NCBI RefSeq assembly: GCF_009914755.1
Contig: NC_060947.1
Length of the DNA: 64,000 bases
Source: the human T2T-CHM13v2.0 reference genome, Homo sapiens
Direction: 5' to 3' (one strand)
The notes under the pieces: model-generated
What the model was told of the DNA's origin: nothing
The model's database searches: none
The model's input: the letters and a program-made list of their open reading frames with translations, nothing else
Translations under genes and position numbers: made by a program
Part shown: positions 35,252 through 48,979 of the stretch, piece by piece
Numbering within the stretch: the stretch's first letter is position 1
Layout of the letters: every line of letters starts with the position of its first letter

Positions 35252-38126
35252 TCTTTCTATTTTTACATAAACACACATATACAAATATTCTATAATGTGT
35301 TTTCACCACCAAACAATTCACCATGAGCAAATTTTAAATCAGCATATTGAAATTTCAATATATTGAGGCATTTAAATCAATCTCCACATTGATAAACTTT
35401 TAGAAACTTTCCCCCTATTTAAAGCAATGTTGCAACATATTTGCCAGTTATGGCTACATTTTTAATGTCTGTTATTATACTGAACATTTAAAAAATAAAA
35501 TTATATGCATACAAGCCCTTGAAAGCAGTGAAGAAAATGGTTCTGAGGGATGCTTATAAAAAAAGCATAGAGCCTAAAAATATTTATTGGGTACTATTAA
35601 GATTCATGAATAAGGTTTCGTTTAAAATAGAAATATGAAAGAATAGAAGTAAAACTAAGTAAGTTAGGATCATTCAAAACAGGTATTACTGAACAGAAAA
35701 TGACCCAGTTACTAAAGGACAAAGTGCACCATGAAACTATAGTGTGGAGTATTCAAATTGCATGGAAGTAATAAACAGTCTGCAACTTACTGATAAAAGC
35801 TAGGATAAATAATTATAACAGTATAATATAAATATAAAGGAGGAGATAGGAATACTGAAAAAATTTGCCAACATATCCAAAGAAAATAGATTGACAATGT
35901 TTTTGTACGTTTATAACAATAGTTAATATTCATCAAATGGCAATGTGCCCAGCATTGTCCAAAAGGAAATGTAATGCTAGGTACAATTATGTTGTAGAGA
36001 CCAATTGTCTTAAAATATCCTTTTCAAAAACAACAACAACCACTATAACGGAAGGTTGCCTTGATGATATAAGTGGACTGGAAACTCCTTGAAGGTAGCA
36101 GCTATGTCTAATTACATTTCCAGTTTCCAGAGGTATGGTTGGAAGTAGGTCCTTTTTTTCTACCAATGAATGGAGATTTACCAAGAATGTATTGACACAC
36201 AAGATACAGTTAAATTACAAGCAATTTTAAATGGTTGCCTTCTATTCTCTCTAGACCCAATAAAGGAAGAAAGGGAAGAATCCATAGTTCAGTTAAGGTT
36301 TATAGTCCTTACCTCTCCAGATTGGATATAGGACATCTTATATGAAAAACAATGGTGGAGGGATTTTTTTTTTCTGATAGCTGACAGTTTCCAAGGTGAT
36401 TGAGCCCTTTCATATCCAGTTGGGAGAGAAATAGAACCTCCACTAGGGATATATAGCAGCCACAGTAGATTCATTAGCTATTGCCCCAAGTTGTCATAAA
36501 GCGATAAAAATTGAGCCCTTATATTTACAGGGTCACTGGGGGAAGTCTTGACTATTAGTGACTTTTAATGAGAGTGCCCAGGCAATAAGAGGCTTGGCTG
36601 CCAGAGTAAAATTACTTACTAACGTCTTAAGCCATATAGCTAGAAGTCAAGCACAAAGTTTGATCTCAAACTTAACATCAGTGCTTAAATTCAAACTTCT
36701 GTATTTAAAACAAGTTGCGTTAGTGAGCTTTATATCTAAGGACCATACCTTAAATTAACTCATGGAAGAGTCTGATGACTAAATAAGGAAAATGACATTA
36801 TGAAGTAACATTTACTTCAGGAAGCACAGGGCCCATAAAAGAAGTCTCAGGGATACCTTACTAAGATGTAATTCAAAACTGTTAGTTGCCTTCTCATATC
36901 AAGCAAACCACGGAACACATGAGAGACCGGTGGAGATTCAACTTTCTTATCTTATTCCACTCTTAAGGGAAGTATTTAATTTGTATATCCCGGATCCAAT
37001 AATTGGAGATATGGTCCAAGAGAATGGGAAGGAAATCAACATTCTTTGAAGGACTTACTGTGTGTTAAACTAGCCCTTTTCTAGCCAGGAAAAATATATT
37101 ACCACTTTTTAAAATCTGCATGAATCCTGTTTTCACATGATCCTGAATTATTTCTCATAATAACCTTAAATTGATCTCTCTACTTCTAAGTTCTAAATTC
37201 ATTTCTTCTTCACTCTTACCCCCTTACCCTCATTCTTACCAACCATCCATTGTACCAAAACCAAATTAATCTTCTGAAACACTGTGTTTCGTTGGCTAGG
37301 CCTCTATTCCAAACATTTTAGTGTCTCACCAATCTTTTGTGTAATTAAGTCTGACCTTCTTAGCATTAATTTCAAGTACTTTGTACTTTGAAATCTATCT
37401 CCATCTTTACCCCCATATACCCACTTTACCTCAAAGTGAGGTAGTTGGCCTTCTCCACATGCACCCATACCCATTGAACCTTCCACCCTGTGGATGCCTT
37501 ATTAGAGCCATTGAATGTTATTTAAAAATCTCATTACTGATTTCTAACACAGAATAATAATTAACCCTATCTCTTTTAAAGAGATTACCTGCTAATCAAA
37601 TGAGAATATAGTGTTATTTTATTATGTATTTTATAAAAACATTGAAGCTTCATTTTTTATAAAAGAGAAAAAAACTCACTTCTTTTGGTTTCATAGCCTT
37701 AATAACACCAAAATGCTGACATCCCCCAACTTTATATCTCCAGCCTATCCTTTCTTCTGAGTTCAAGATTTACATTTCTACTGCCTCCTTAGCATCTTCA
37801 CTTGGATCTAATAAGTATCTCAAACTGAACACAACCAAAACAAGATTTTGAGTTTCCTGTAAAAAATTTTATACCTGTCCTAGTGTTCTATAACTCAGGA
37901 AATTCTACTGCCTTCATTACAATTGCTCAGGGCAGATTGTCCAGTCATTTATAACTTTACTCTTTCCTTCACAGCCCACATACATCCATTGGCAAGTCCT
38001 GTCAGCAATTTGTTAAAAAGATATCTTGAATTTATTTAATTTTCTCTATTTCCACCTCTATTGTCTTTGTTTAAGCACTATCATTTTTCATCTGAACCAC
38101 TACAAAAATCTCCTAGTCTCTCAGTG

Positions 38127-38498
38127 TGTTATGATCTGAATTGTGTTCCCCCAAAATTCATACATTGAAATTCTAATGCCTAGCATCTCAAAATGTGACT
38201 GAATTTGGAGATAGGGTCTTTAAAGAGGTAAATGAAAATGAGGTCGTTAGGGTAGGTTAATGACTAATATCCTTATAAGAAGAGGAGATAAGGACACGCA
38301 CACAGAGGGAGTATCATGTGATGACACAGGGAAAAGGTAGCCATTTACAAACCAAGGAGAAAGTTCTCAGAAGAAACCATTTTTGCCAAAACCTTAATCT
38401 CAGCTTCTAGCTTCCAGAATTTTGAGAAAATAACTTTATGTTGTTTAAACCACCCATTTTGTGGCACTTTGTTACAGCAGGCCTAACAAACTAATACA
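38127..38498 (+). mobile_element. MLT1B-like MaLR solo LTR
   Basis: TGTTATGATCTGAATTGTGTTCCCCCAAAATTCAT ... TTTGGAGATAGGGTCTTTAAAGAGGTAA ... AAACTAATACA. Confidence 0.85.
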
Positions 38499-39154
38499 CT
38501 ATATTTTATATTGCTGTGTAACAAATTACCACAAAATTAGCATCTTAATGTAACACCCATTTATTAGCTCACAGGTCTGTAAGTCAGAAGTCTGGCATGG
38601 TGTGACTGGGTTCTATGCTCAGGATATCACTCTGCTCAGGGTGTCACAAAGGAAGAAATTTAATTGTCAGCTGGACTGAGTTCTAGGAACTTCCAAACCT
38701 CAGAAAATCAATTTTCAAGCTGATCGTTGTTGTGAGCAGAATTCAGTTCCTTGCAGTTGTAAGACTGAGGTCCCAATTACCTTGCTGGCTGTCCACTAGA
38801 AATGCTCTCAAATCCTAGAGGCCACCTACTTTTCTTGCTCTGTGCTCTCTCCATCTTCAGGCCAGCAATGGTGCCTAACCCATGTGCCTGATGCTTTGAA
38901 TCTCTCTTTCTCTTTGGCTACCAGTAAGAGAAAACTCTCTTACTGTTAAAGAACTCACCTGATTAGATCATCTTCACCTATATAATCTCTTTATTTAAAG
39001 TCAACTGATATGGGACCTTAATACATCTGCAAAATCCCTTCACAAAATTAACTAGGTTTGTGTTTGATTGAATAACTGAGAGGAGGTGCATCTACACCAG
39101 AGGTCTGGTGGTCCCAGCAATCTTAGGAGACTGTCTTAGAATTCTGTCTAGCAC
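38499..39154 (-). mobile_element. MLT1E-like MaLR solo LTR
   Basis: TTGCTGTGTAACAAATTACCACAAA, AGAATTCAGTTCCTTGCAGTTGTAAGACTGAGGTCCC, ACATCTGCAAAATCCCTT, ends GCACA. Confidence 0.75.
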
Positions 39155-39617
39155 ATACTGCTTTTTTTCTTGCTTTTTTATGATCCATTCAGCACATTTG
39201 TCCCCTAAGATTTTTTTAAAATGTAAATCATGTAGTGCTCCCTTGTTTAAAACACTCAAACAGTTTTCTATTGCACTGGGAATAAAATTCACCTTTCCCT
39301 CAACTGGGCATGGATTTTTCTGTTAGTAAATGAACTCAGATGGAGTTCCTTGATTTGCATTTGTAACAACTGCTTGACATTGAGATGGATGCTTCTTTAG
39401 AATCATCCACTGTCACACCCTGTATCCAACAAACTGAGTCTCATTTTTATCTATGATTTGCATATTAGTGACTCCTAAATTTATATCTATAGCCCCAACC
39501 TCCCTTCTGATTTCCAGTTTAATATATTTAATTGTCAGCTTGACACACCTAGTTAGATGTCTAATAGGCACCTCAAATTGAAAACATTTAAAACAGAGCT
39601 CTTATTTCCACATACCT

Positions 39618-42056
39618 TGGTATAGTTTGGATGTTTTCCCTGAGCAAATCTCATGTTTAATTGTAATCTCCAGTGTTGGAGGTGGGGCCTTGTGGGAGGT
39701 GATTGGGTCATGGGGACAGATTCTTAATTGGTGGTTTAGTACCATCCCCTTGTCCTTGTGAAAATGAGTGAGTTCTCATGAGATCTGGTCATTTAAACGT
39801 GTGTGTCATCTCCCCCATCTCTCTTTTGCTCCTGATTTCACCGTGTGAAGTTCCTGTTCCTGTTTTCCTTTCCACCATGTGTAAAAGTTCCCTGAGGCCT
39901 CCCTAGAAGCAGATGCCATCATGCTTCCTGTACAGTCTGCAGAACCACAAGTCAATTAACTCTTTTCTAAATTACCCAGTCTCAGGTATTTCTTTATAGC
40001 AACGCAAGAACAGCCTAACACAGAAAATTGGTACTGAGACATGTAGCATTGCTGTAAAAATACCTGAAAATGTGGAAGCAGCTTTGGAACTAGGTAGTGA
40101 GAAGAGGTTGGAAGAGTTTGGAAGGCTCATAACAAGATAGGAATATGAGGGAAAGTATAGAACTTTTTAGAGATAGTTAAATGGTTGTGACCAAATGCTG
40201 GTAGTGATATGAACAGTGAAGATGAGGTCTCAGGTGGAAATAAGGAACTTATTGGAAACTGGAGGAAATATCATGTGTGCTATGCCTTAGCAAAGAGCTT
40301 GACTGAATTGTGTTGGTGTCCTAGGGATATGTGGAAGTTTGAAGTTGAGAGTGATGATATAGAGTATCTGGCAGAAGAAATTTCTATGCAGCAAAGTGTT
40401 CAAGATGTGGTTGCTTCTAACAGCCTATGCTCAGATGTGGGAACAAAGAAATGACTTAAAGTTGGAACTTATATTTAAATGGGAAGCAGAGCATAAAAGT
40501 TTGGAAAATTTGCAGCCTGGCCATGTGGCAGAGAAAGAAAAAGCTTTTTTTGGGAGAGAAGCTCAAGCAGGCTATTGAACAACCACTTGTTACAGATATT
40601 TGCATAACAAGAAGAATCCAAGTGCTGATAAATAAGATAATGGGAAAAACACCTCAAAGGCATTTCAGAGACCTTCATGAAAGTTTCTCCCATTACAGGC
40701 CCCAAGGCTTAGTAGGAGAGAAGAATAGTTTTGTGGGCCAGATTCAGGGCCCTGCTGCCCTGTGCAACCTTGGGACACTGCTCCCCACATCTGGGTCACT
40801 CTGGCTCCAGCCTCAGCTCAGAGGGCTCTATATACAGCTTCGGCTGCTGCTTCAGAGGATGCAAGCTGTAAGACTTTTCAGATATCATGTGATATTAAGC
40901 CTGTGGGTGAACAGAGTGCAAGAGTTGAGGCATAGGAGCCTCTGCCTAGATTTCAGAGGATGTATGGAAAAACCTGAGTGCTCAGGCAGAAGCCGGCTGG
41001 AGGGACAGAGCCCTCATTGAGAACCTCTACTAGGGTAGCTCAAAGGAAAAATGTGAGGTTGGAACTGCCACACAAGAGTTCCTACCGGAACACTGCCTAG
41101 TGGAACTGTGAGAGACAGTCACCATCCTCCAGACCCCAAAATGGTAAATCCATCAACACCCTGCACCCTGCACCTGGAAAAAATGAATGCAGTCAATGCC
41201 AGCCTGTGAGAGTAGCTGCAGAGGCTGAACCCTGCAAGGGCACAGACAGAGCTGCACAAGGTCTTGAGAGTCCATTCCTCACACCAGTATTCCCTGGATG
41301 TGGGGCATGGAGTCAAAGAAGATTATTTTGGACATTTAATATATAATGACTGCCCTTCTTAGTTTCAGACTTGCATGGAGCCTGTAGCTCTTTTCTTTTA
41401 GCTGATTTCTCCTTTTTGAAATAGGAATTTTTATACACTGCTGGTAATCCCACTGTATCTTGTGAGCAAATAATTTGTTTTGATTTTATAGGCTTATAAG
41501 CAGAAGGAAATCATCTCCAGGTGAGACTGGGGACTTGGGACTTTTGTGTTAATGCTGAAATATGATGAGACTTTGGGGGACTATTGTGAAGGGAGTATTG
41601 TATTTTGCAACGGGAGAACATGAGATTTGGTGGAGGCCAGGGGCAGAATAATATAGTTTGGATGTTGTCCCTGCCCAAATCTCAAGTTGTAATATAATCC
41701 CTAGTGTTGGAGGTGGAGCCTGGTTGGAGGTGATTGGATCATAGGAGCAGTTTCTTCTGAATGGTTTAGTACCATATCCTTGTGCTTGCAATAATGAGTG
41801 AGTTCTCATGAGATCTGGGTCATTTAAAGGTGTGTGGCACCTCCCCCAACTCTCCCTTGCTCCCAGTTTTGCCATGTGAAGTGCCTACTCCCACTTTGCC
41901 TTCTGCCATGAGTAAAGGTCACTGAATCCTCCCCAGAAACTTAAGCCACAATGCTGCCTGTACAGCCTGCAGAACTGTAAGCCAACTAAAATTCTTTTCA
42001 TATAAATTACCCACTCTCAGGTATTTTTTTACAGCAAGGCAAGAAAGCTTAATACA
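39618..42056 (+). mobile_element. Complete MSTA-like MaLR provirus (LTR 39618-40022, internal 40023-41648, LTR 41649-42056)
   Basis: Two similar ~405-bp LTRs ending AACACA/AATACA; internal starts GAAAATTGGTAC and ends with purine tract GGAGGCCAGGGGCAGAA; 5-bp TSD TACCT/CACCT. Confidence 0.9.
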
Positions 42057-42101
42057 CACCTCAGTAAAAGAATCTGTACTTCCCCAACAATGTATAGCCT
42101 T

Positions 42102-45100
42102 CTTTTTTAAATTTCCAACTTTTATTTTGAGTTCATGGATACATGCACAGGATGTGCAGGTTTGTTTAATAAATTAATTGATTAATTTTCTGTCTTTTCT
42201 TCATTAGTCCAGATAGTAGTCTATCAATTTTATTAATTTATTTTTTAAAAAGCTCCTGGATTCACTGATTTTTTTGAAGGGTTTTTCATGCCTCTATTTT
42301 CTTCAGCTCAGCTCTGATTTTGGTTATTTCTTGTCTTCTGCTAGCTTTGGGGTTTGTTTGCTCCTGATTCTCTAGTTCTTTTAGTTGTGATGTTAGGTTG
42401 TTAACTTGAGATCTTTCTAGCTTTTTCATCTGGGCATTTAATGCTATAAATTTCCCTCTCAACACTGCATTAGTTGCATCCCAGAGATTCTGATACATTG
42501 TATTTTTGTTCTCATTAGTTTCAAAGAACTTCTTGATTTCTGCCTTCATTTCTTTATTTACCCAAAAGTCATTCAGGAGCAGATTGTTCAATTTCCATGT
42601 AGTACTATGATGTTGAGTAAATTTATTAATATTGTGCTCTAGTTTGATTGCATTGTGGTCTGAGTGACTGTTGATTATAATTTTAGTTGTTTTGCATTTG
42701 CTGAGGATTGTGTTACTTCTGATTATGTGATCAATTATAAAGTAAGTGCCACGTGCTGATGAGAAGAATGTATATTCTGTTGTTTTTGGGTGGAGAGTTC
42801 TGTCCATATGTATCAGGTCCACTTGATCCAGAGCTGAGTTCAGGTCCTGAATATCTTTGTTAAGTTTCTGTCTCAATGATCTGCCAAATGTCATCAGTGA
42901 GGTGTTCAAGTCTCCCAATATTATTGCATGTGAGTCCAAGTCTCTTTGAAGGTTTCTAAGAACTTGCTTTATGAATCTGGGTACTCCTGTACTGGGTGAA
43001 TGTATATTTAGAACAGTTAGCTCTTCTTGTTGAATTGAAGCCTTTACCATTATGTAATGCCCTTCTTTGTCTTTTTTTTTTTTTTTTTATCTTTGTTGGT
43101 TTAAAGTCTGTTTTGTCAGAAAGTAGCATTGAAACCCCTGGGTTTTTTTTTTTTCTGCTTTTCATTTGTTTGGTAAATTTTCCTCCATCCCTTTCTTTTG
43201 AGCCTATTCATATCTTTGGTGTGAGATGAGTCTCTTAAAGAACAGCATACCAATGGGTCTTGGTTCTTTATCCAGCTTGCCATTCTATGTGTTTTAATTG
43301 GGCCATTTAGCCCATTTACCTTTAAGGTTAGTATTATTATGTGTTGATTTGATCCTGTCTTCATGATGCTACCTGGTTATTATGTGGACTTGTTTATGTA
43401 GTTGCTTTATAGTGTCACTGGTCTGTGTACTTCACTGTGTTTTTCTAGTGGCTGTTAACCATTTTTTCCTTTCTTTATTTAGGGGGTCCTTTTGGAGCTC
43501 TTGTATGGCAGGACTGGTGGTAACAAATTCCCTCAGTATTTGCTTGTTTTAAAAGGATCTTTTTTCACCTTCACTTATGAAGCTTAGTTTGTTTGGACAT
43601 GAAATTCTGGGTTGAAAATTCTTTCCTTTAAGGATGTTGAATATGAGCCATCAATCTCTTCTGGCTTGTAGGGCTTTTGTGGAGAGTTGCGCTGTTAGTC
43701 TGGTGGGCTTCTCTATGTAGATTTCCTGGCCTTTCTTTCTAGCTGTACTTAACATTTTTTCTTTCATGCCCACCTTGGAACATCTGAAGATCATGTGTCT
43801 TGTGGATGGTCATCTCAGGGAGTGTCTTACTGGTGTTCTCTGCATTTTCTGAAATTGAATGTTGACCTATCTATATTGGGACAGTTCTCCTGGATGATAC
43901 CCTGAAATATGTTTTCCAAATTGGTTCCCTTCTCCCCATCTCTTTCAGGTACCACAATCAGTAATAGATTTAGTCTCTTTACATAATTCCATATTTCTCA
44001 GACATTTTTTTCATTCCTTTTCATTATTTTTCCTGTATTCTTGTCTGCCTCTCTTATTTCAGAAGACAGTTTTCAAGCTCTGAAATTCTTTACTCTGCTT
44101 GGTCTGTTCTGCTATTAATACTCGTGATTGCATTGTGTAGTTCTTGTAGTGTGTTTTTTAGCTTTATCAGGTCAGTTATGTTGCTCTCTATATTGGCTAT
44201 TTTGTCTGTCAGCTCCAGCATTGTTTTACCCTGATTCTTAGCTTCTTTACACTGGGTTACAACGTGTTCCTTTAGCTCAATAAAGTTCATTTTTATCCAC
44301 GTTCTGAAGCCTACTTCTGTCATTTCAGACATCTCAGCCTCCACTGAGTTCTGTACCCTTGCTTGAGCGGTGTTGCAGTCATTTGGAGGAAAGTGGGCAC
44401 TCAGGCTTTTTAAGTTTTCAGCATTTTTGCCCTGATTCTTTCTCATCGTTTGTGCTTACCTACCCTGGATCTTTGAGGTTGCTGACCTTTGGATCAGTTT
44501 TGTTGTTGTTGTTGTTTGTTTGTTTATTTGTTTATTTTAATAGTCTGGCCAGTCTTCCATAGGGCTGCTGTGGTTTGCTGGGGTTCCACTCCAGACAATT
44601 TTTGCCTTGGTTTTTCCAGTACCTAGAGGTACACCAATAAAGGCTGTGAAACAGCAAAGATGGCAGCCTTCTTCTTCCTCTGGAAGCTGTGTCTCAGGAG
44701 CTACTTACTTGTTTCCAGCTCAAATGCACCCATAGGAGATGGCTGGAGGCCTAGGTTGGCAGGTCTCACCCAGTCAGGCAGAATGGGATCAGGGATTCAC
44801 TTAAAGAAGCAGTCTGGCTGCTTTTCGGTAGAACAGCTATGCTGTGTGGAGGATTCCTTCAACCCCTGATCAGTTTGGGCTCCCCAAAGCCCACAGGCTG
44901 GACCAGCCAAGATGCCCAAGTAGCCAAGTGCTGACCCATTCCCCAACCCAGAGGATATCCCACAGTTCATCTCAGGGATATGTTGGAACTCTGAAAGTCA
45001 TAATACACGGGTGGGGCTTGCTGGAAAACCCAGCTGGAAGGACTCACCCAGCAAGGAGGAATGGATCTGGGTTCCATTTAAAGCGGTCTGGCCATGCCTC

Positions 45101-46107
45101 TACAAAACAGCCATATCATGCTGGGGAACTGCCTCTGTCTCAGTTGACTTGGACTCTCCAAAGCCCATAGACTGGAGCTGCTGAGTCATCCAAACAGCAA
45201 AGATGGCAGCCTGTCCCTCCCCTTGGGCACTCAGTCCCAGGGAGAAATCAGAACTCTGTAGAATATGAGTAGGGGTAGCCAGAAGCCTTGGTTCAGAGGA
45301 CCTACCCCATGAGGAGGAGTGGTTTGGGATCCCCCTTAAGAAGCAGTCTGTCCACATTCTGGCAAAGCAGCTGTGCTGCTCTTGGGTGATCCTTCTTCAT
45401 CCAGACCATTTTGACTCTCCAAAGCCCACAGGCTGGAATGGCTAAGTCAACAAAGCATCAGAGATGGCAGCCTACCTCTCCTTCTAAGGGCTCCATCCCA
45501 TCTCAGACAGGCTCCACCCTGCTGCTGATGTCTGGCTGGAATTCCAAACCAGTGGGTCTTATCTTGTAAGGTGCCCTGGAAGTGGGGCCCACAGACTGAC
45601 GCTGTTCAGCCCCATGGATTAGGCACCCTTCCTATGGATATATATGGACCTCCCACTTTGCCTGAGTTGCAGTCACCTTTGTCAGGGATTCTGGGGTTGG
45701 AGCATGTAAAGCTTATGGGTGTCTGTGCATGCCTGAGCAGCTGGTCTACTGAGATTCCACATGGCTCTGTGTGGCGGACCCAAGGCCCTGGTGGCATGGG
45801 CTTATAAAGGGATCTCTTGATATGAGGGTCACAAAGATCCATGGGAGAAGCATGGCTTCCTGGGGTCACACATTCACTCACCACTTCCTTTGGCTGGGAG
45901 TGGGGGCTCCCTTGGTTACATGTCACTCCAGGGTGGGTTGTTGCTCCCCCCCTTTTCTTCATTCTCCATGGGTTGTTTCCCTGATCAGTCCCAATGCAAG
46001 TACCTGGATTTTTCAGTTGAAGTTGCTGTATTCACTCACCTATTTCTTTCCAGTGTGTGAGTGCCATGGACCACAGCTGCATTTAATTGGCCATCTTGGC
46101 CCCATCC
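42102..46107 (-). mobile_element. Older L1PA (PA10-13-like) with both ends but a ~3-kb internal deletion of ORF2 RT/C-terminus and most of the 3'UTR
   Basis: ~65 bp of 3' end (CAACTTTTATTTTGAGTTCA..GGATGTGCAGGTTTGTT) joined to post-EN ORF2; EN peptides at 42286-43364; ORF1 N-terminus at 44090-44446; long 5'UTR ending GGCCATCTTGGCCCC. Confidence 0.85.
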
Positions 46108-46712
46108 TGTGGCACTACACATGCTTCTATCTTCAATACAGTTGCCCAAGGTACAAATTTAAGTCATTTTTTTAATTCCTCTTTCTTTCATAGTCCAAGA
46201 CAATCATCAAGTCTTGTCAGCAATATCTATGAATTGTATCCTGCATGCATTCACTTCCCTTTTTCTCTGCTTCCACTGGTCTTGTCCAAGGCACCAACTT
46301 TTATCTAGATTAGTGCAACATCTCTTTAACTGGTTTCCCTGATTCCACTCTTGTCCCTGTAAAACCTAATCTCTATACAGCCAAAGGGGTTTTGTAAATA
46401 AATTAAACCATTTCCTCTTCATGTAAAATTATTCGATGGGTTCCCATTTTACCAATAATAAAATTTAAACTACTTACCACGTCTCTCACAACTTTAAGTG
46501 ATCTGTTTCCTCTCTGCTTACTTTTCTAATGTTCTAGCCACGTTGGCCAAATTTGCTCTCATCTCAGGGTTCTTGCATTTGTTTTTTCAGCCTAGATCTT
46601 CTCATGTCTCTCTCTTTCTTAACATTTAGGTCTCAGCTCAAATGTCCCCTTGATCTTCACATGTAAAGTAGCCACCTCAACCCCACCCCCAGTCCCATCC
46701 TCAGTCACTCTC

Positions 46713-48979
46713 TGTATTAGTTTGTCTTCACACTGCTGATAAAGACACACCTGAGACTGGGAAGAAAAAGAGGTTTAATTGAACTTACAGTTCCACATGA
46801 CTGGGGGGCGTGGGCCTCAGAATCATGGCAGGTGGCAAAAGTCAATCCTTACATGGCAGCGGCAAGAGAAAATGAGGAAGAACAAAAGTGGAAACCCCTG
46901 ATAAACCCATCATATTCTGTGAGACTTATTCACTATCATGAAAATAGCATGGGAAAGACTGGCACCCATGGTTCAATTACCTCCACCTGAGTCCCTCCCA
47001 CAATATGTGGCAATTATGAGAGATATAATTCAAGTTGAGATTTGGGTGGGGACACAGCCAAACCATATAATTCTGCCCCAGCCCCTCCAAATCTCATGCC
47101 TTCACGTTTCAAAACCAATTATGCCTTTCCAACAGTACCCCAAAGTCTTAACTCATTTCAGCATTAACCTAAAAGTCCGCAATCTGAAGTCTCATCTAAG
47201 ACAGAGCAAGTCCCTTCTGCCTATGAACCTGTAAAATCAAAAGAAAGCAAGTTACTTCCTAGATACAATGGGGTACAGGTATTGGGTAAATACAGCCATT
47301 CCAAATGGGATAAATTGGCCAAGACAAAGGGATTACAGGGCCCATGCAAGTTCAAAATTCATCGAGGTAGTCAAATTTTAAAGCTCCAAAATGATCTCCT
47401 TTGATGCCAAGTCTTACACCCAGGTCACACTGATGCAAAAGGTAGGTTCCCATGATCTTGGACTGCTCTGCCCCTTTGGCTTTGCAGGGTGCAGCCTCTC
47501 CCCAGGCTTCTTTCATGGGCTGGCCTTGTCTGTGGCTTTTCCAGGTGCACGGTGCAAGCTGTCAGTGGATCTGCCATTCTAGGGTCTGGGGGATGGTGTA
47601 CCTTTTCTCACAGCTCCACTAGGCAGTGCCCCATTAGAGACTCTGTGTGGGGGCACTTCCTTTCTGCACTTCCTTAGAAGACATTCTCCATGAGGGCACT
47701 GCCCCTGTAGCAACCTTTTGCCTGGGCATCCAGGCATTTCCATACAACTTCTGAAATCTAGGTAGAGGCTCCCAAACCTCAATTCTTGACTTCTGTGCAC
47801 CCACAGGCTCGACACCACATGGAAGCTGCCAAGGCTTGGGGCTTCCACCCTCTGAAGCCACAGCCCAAGCTGTACATTGGCCCCTTTCAGCCATGGCTGG
47901 AGCAGCTGGAACACAGGGCACCAAGTCCCTAGGCTGCACACAGAATGGGGACCCTGGGCCTGGCCCACGAGGTTACTTTATCCTCCTGGGCCTCCAGGCC
48001 TGTGATGGGAGGGGCTGCCATGAAGGTCTCTGACATGGCCTGGAGACATTTTCTCCACAGTCTTGGGGATTAACATTAAGCTCCTTGCTACTAATGCTAA
48101 TTTCTGCAGGCAGCTTGAATTTCTCCCCAGAAAATGGGGTTTTCTTTTCTATTGCATAATCAGGCTGCAAATTTTCCAAACTTTTATGCTCTGCTTCCCT
48201 TATAAAACTGAATGTCTGTAACAGCACCCAAGTCACCTCTTGAATGCTTTGTTGCTTAGAAATTTTTTCTGCCAGAAACCCTAAATCATCTCTCTCAAGT
48301 TTGAGTTCCCACAAATCTCTAGGGCAAGGCCAAAATTCTCCCAGTCTCTTTGCTAAAACATAAAAAGAGTGAACTTTGCTCCAGTTCCCAAAAAGTCTCC
48401 ATCTGAGACCATCTTAGCCTGGATTTCACTGTCCATATTGCTTTCAGCATTTTAGGCAAAGCCATTCAACAAGTCTCCAGAAAGTTCCAAATTTTCCTAC
48501 ATTTTCCTGTCTTCTTCTGAGCCGTTCAAACTGTTCCAATCTCTTCCTGTTTCCCAGTTCCAAAGTTGCTTCCACATTTTGGGGTATCTTTTCAGCAATG
48601 CCCCACTCTACAGGTACAAATTTACTGTATCAGTCCGTTTTCATGCTCTTGATAAAGACATACCCGAGACTGGGAAGAAAAAGAGGTTTAATGGAACTTA
48701 GAGTTCCACATGGCTGGGTAGGCCTCAGAATCATGGTGGGAAGTGAAAGGCACTTCTTACATGGCGGTGGCAAGAGAAAATGGGGAGGAAGCAAAAGCAG
48801 AAATCCCTGATAAACTCATGAGATCTTGTGAGACTTATTCACTATCACAAGAAGAGTACAGGAAAGACTGGCCCATATGATTCAATTACCTCCCTCTGAA
48901 TCCCTCCTACAACATATGGGAATTGTGGGAGACACAATTCAAGCTGAGATTTGGGTGGGGACACAGCCAAGCCATATCA
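46713..48979 (-). mobile_element. Complete THE1A-like MaLR provirus (LTRs 46713-47070 and 48626-48979)
   Basis: Both LTRs contain GAGACTGGGAAGAAAAAGAGGTTTAA and GAGATTTGGGTGGGGACACAGCCAA; ~1.55-kb internal region; perfect 5-bp TSD CTCTC at 46708-46712 and 48980-48984. Confidence 0.93.

Larger units (their letters stand above)
37150..39310 (+). mobile_element. L2 LINE fragments (37150-37500, 37710-38125, 39155-39310) split by MLT1 LTRs
   Basis: L2 motifs TTTATATCTCCAGCC, CACTTGGAT...TCTCAAACT, AAAATGTAAATCA...CCCTTGTTTAAAAC...ATTGCACT.GGAATAAAAT. Confidence 0.65.

Noticed and set aside
36856-37030. CpG-containing stretch ending in a minus-strand GTAAGG, considered as a coding exon
   Set aside because: Stops in all three minus-strand frames, weak exonic donor context (TTA|GT) and no clear acceptor
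40209-41316. Cluster of 60-165 aa ORFs (similar ones at 47391-48314)
   Set aside because: Decayed MaLR internal-region frames of the MSTA-like and THE1A-like proviruses
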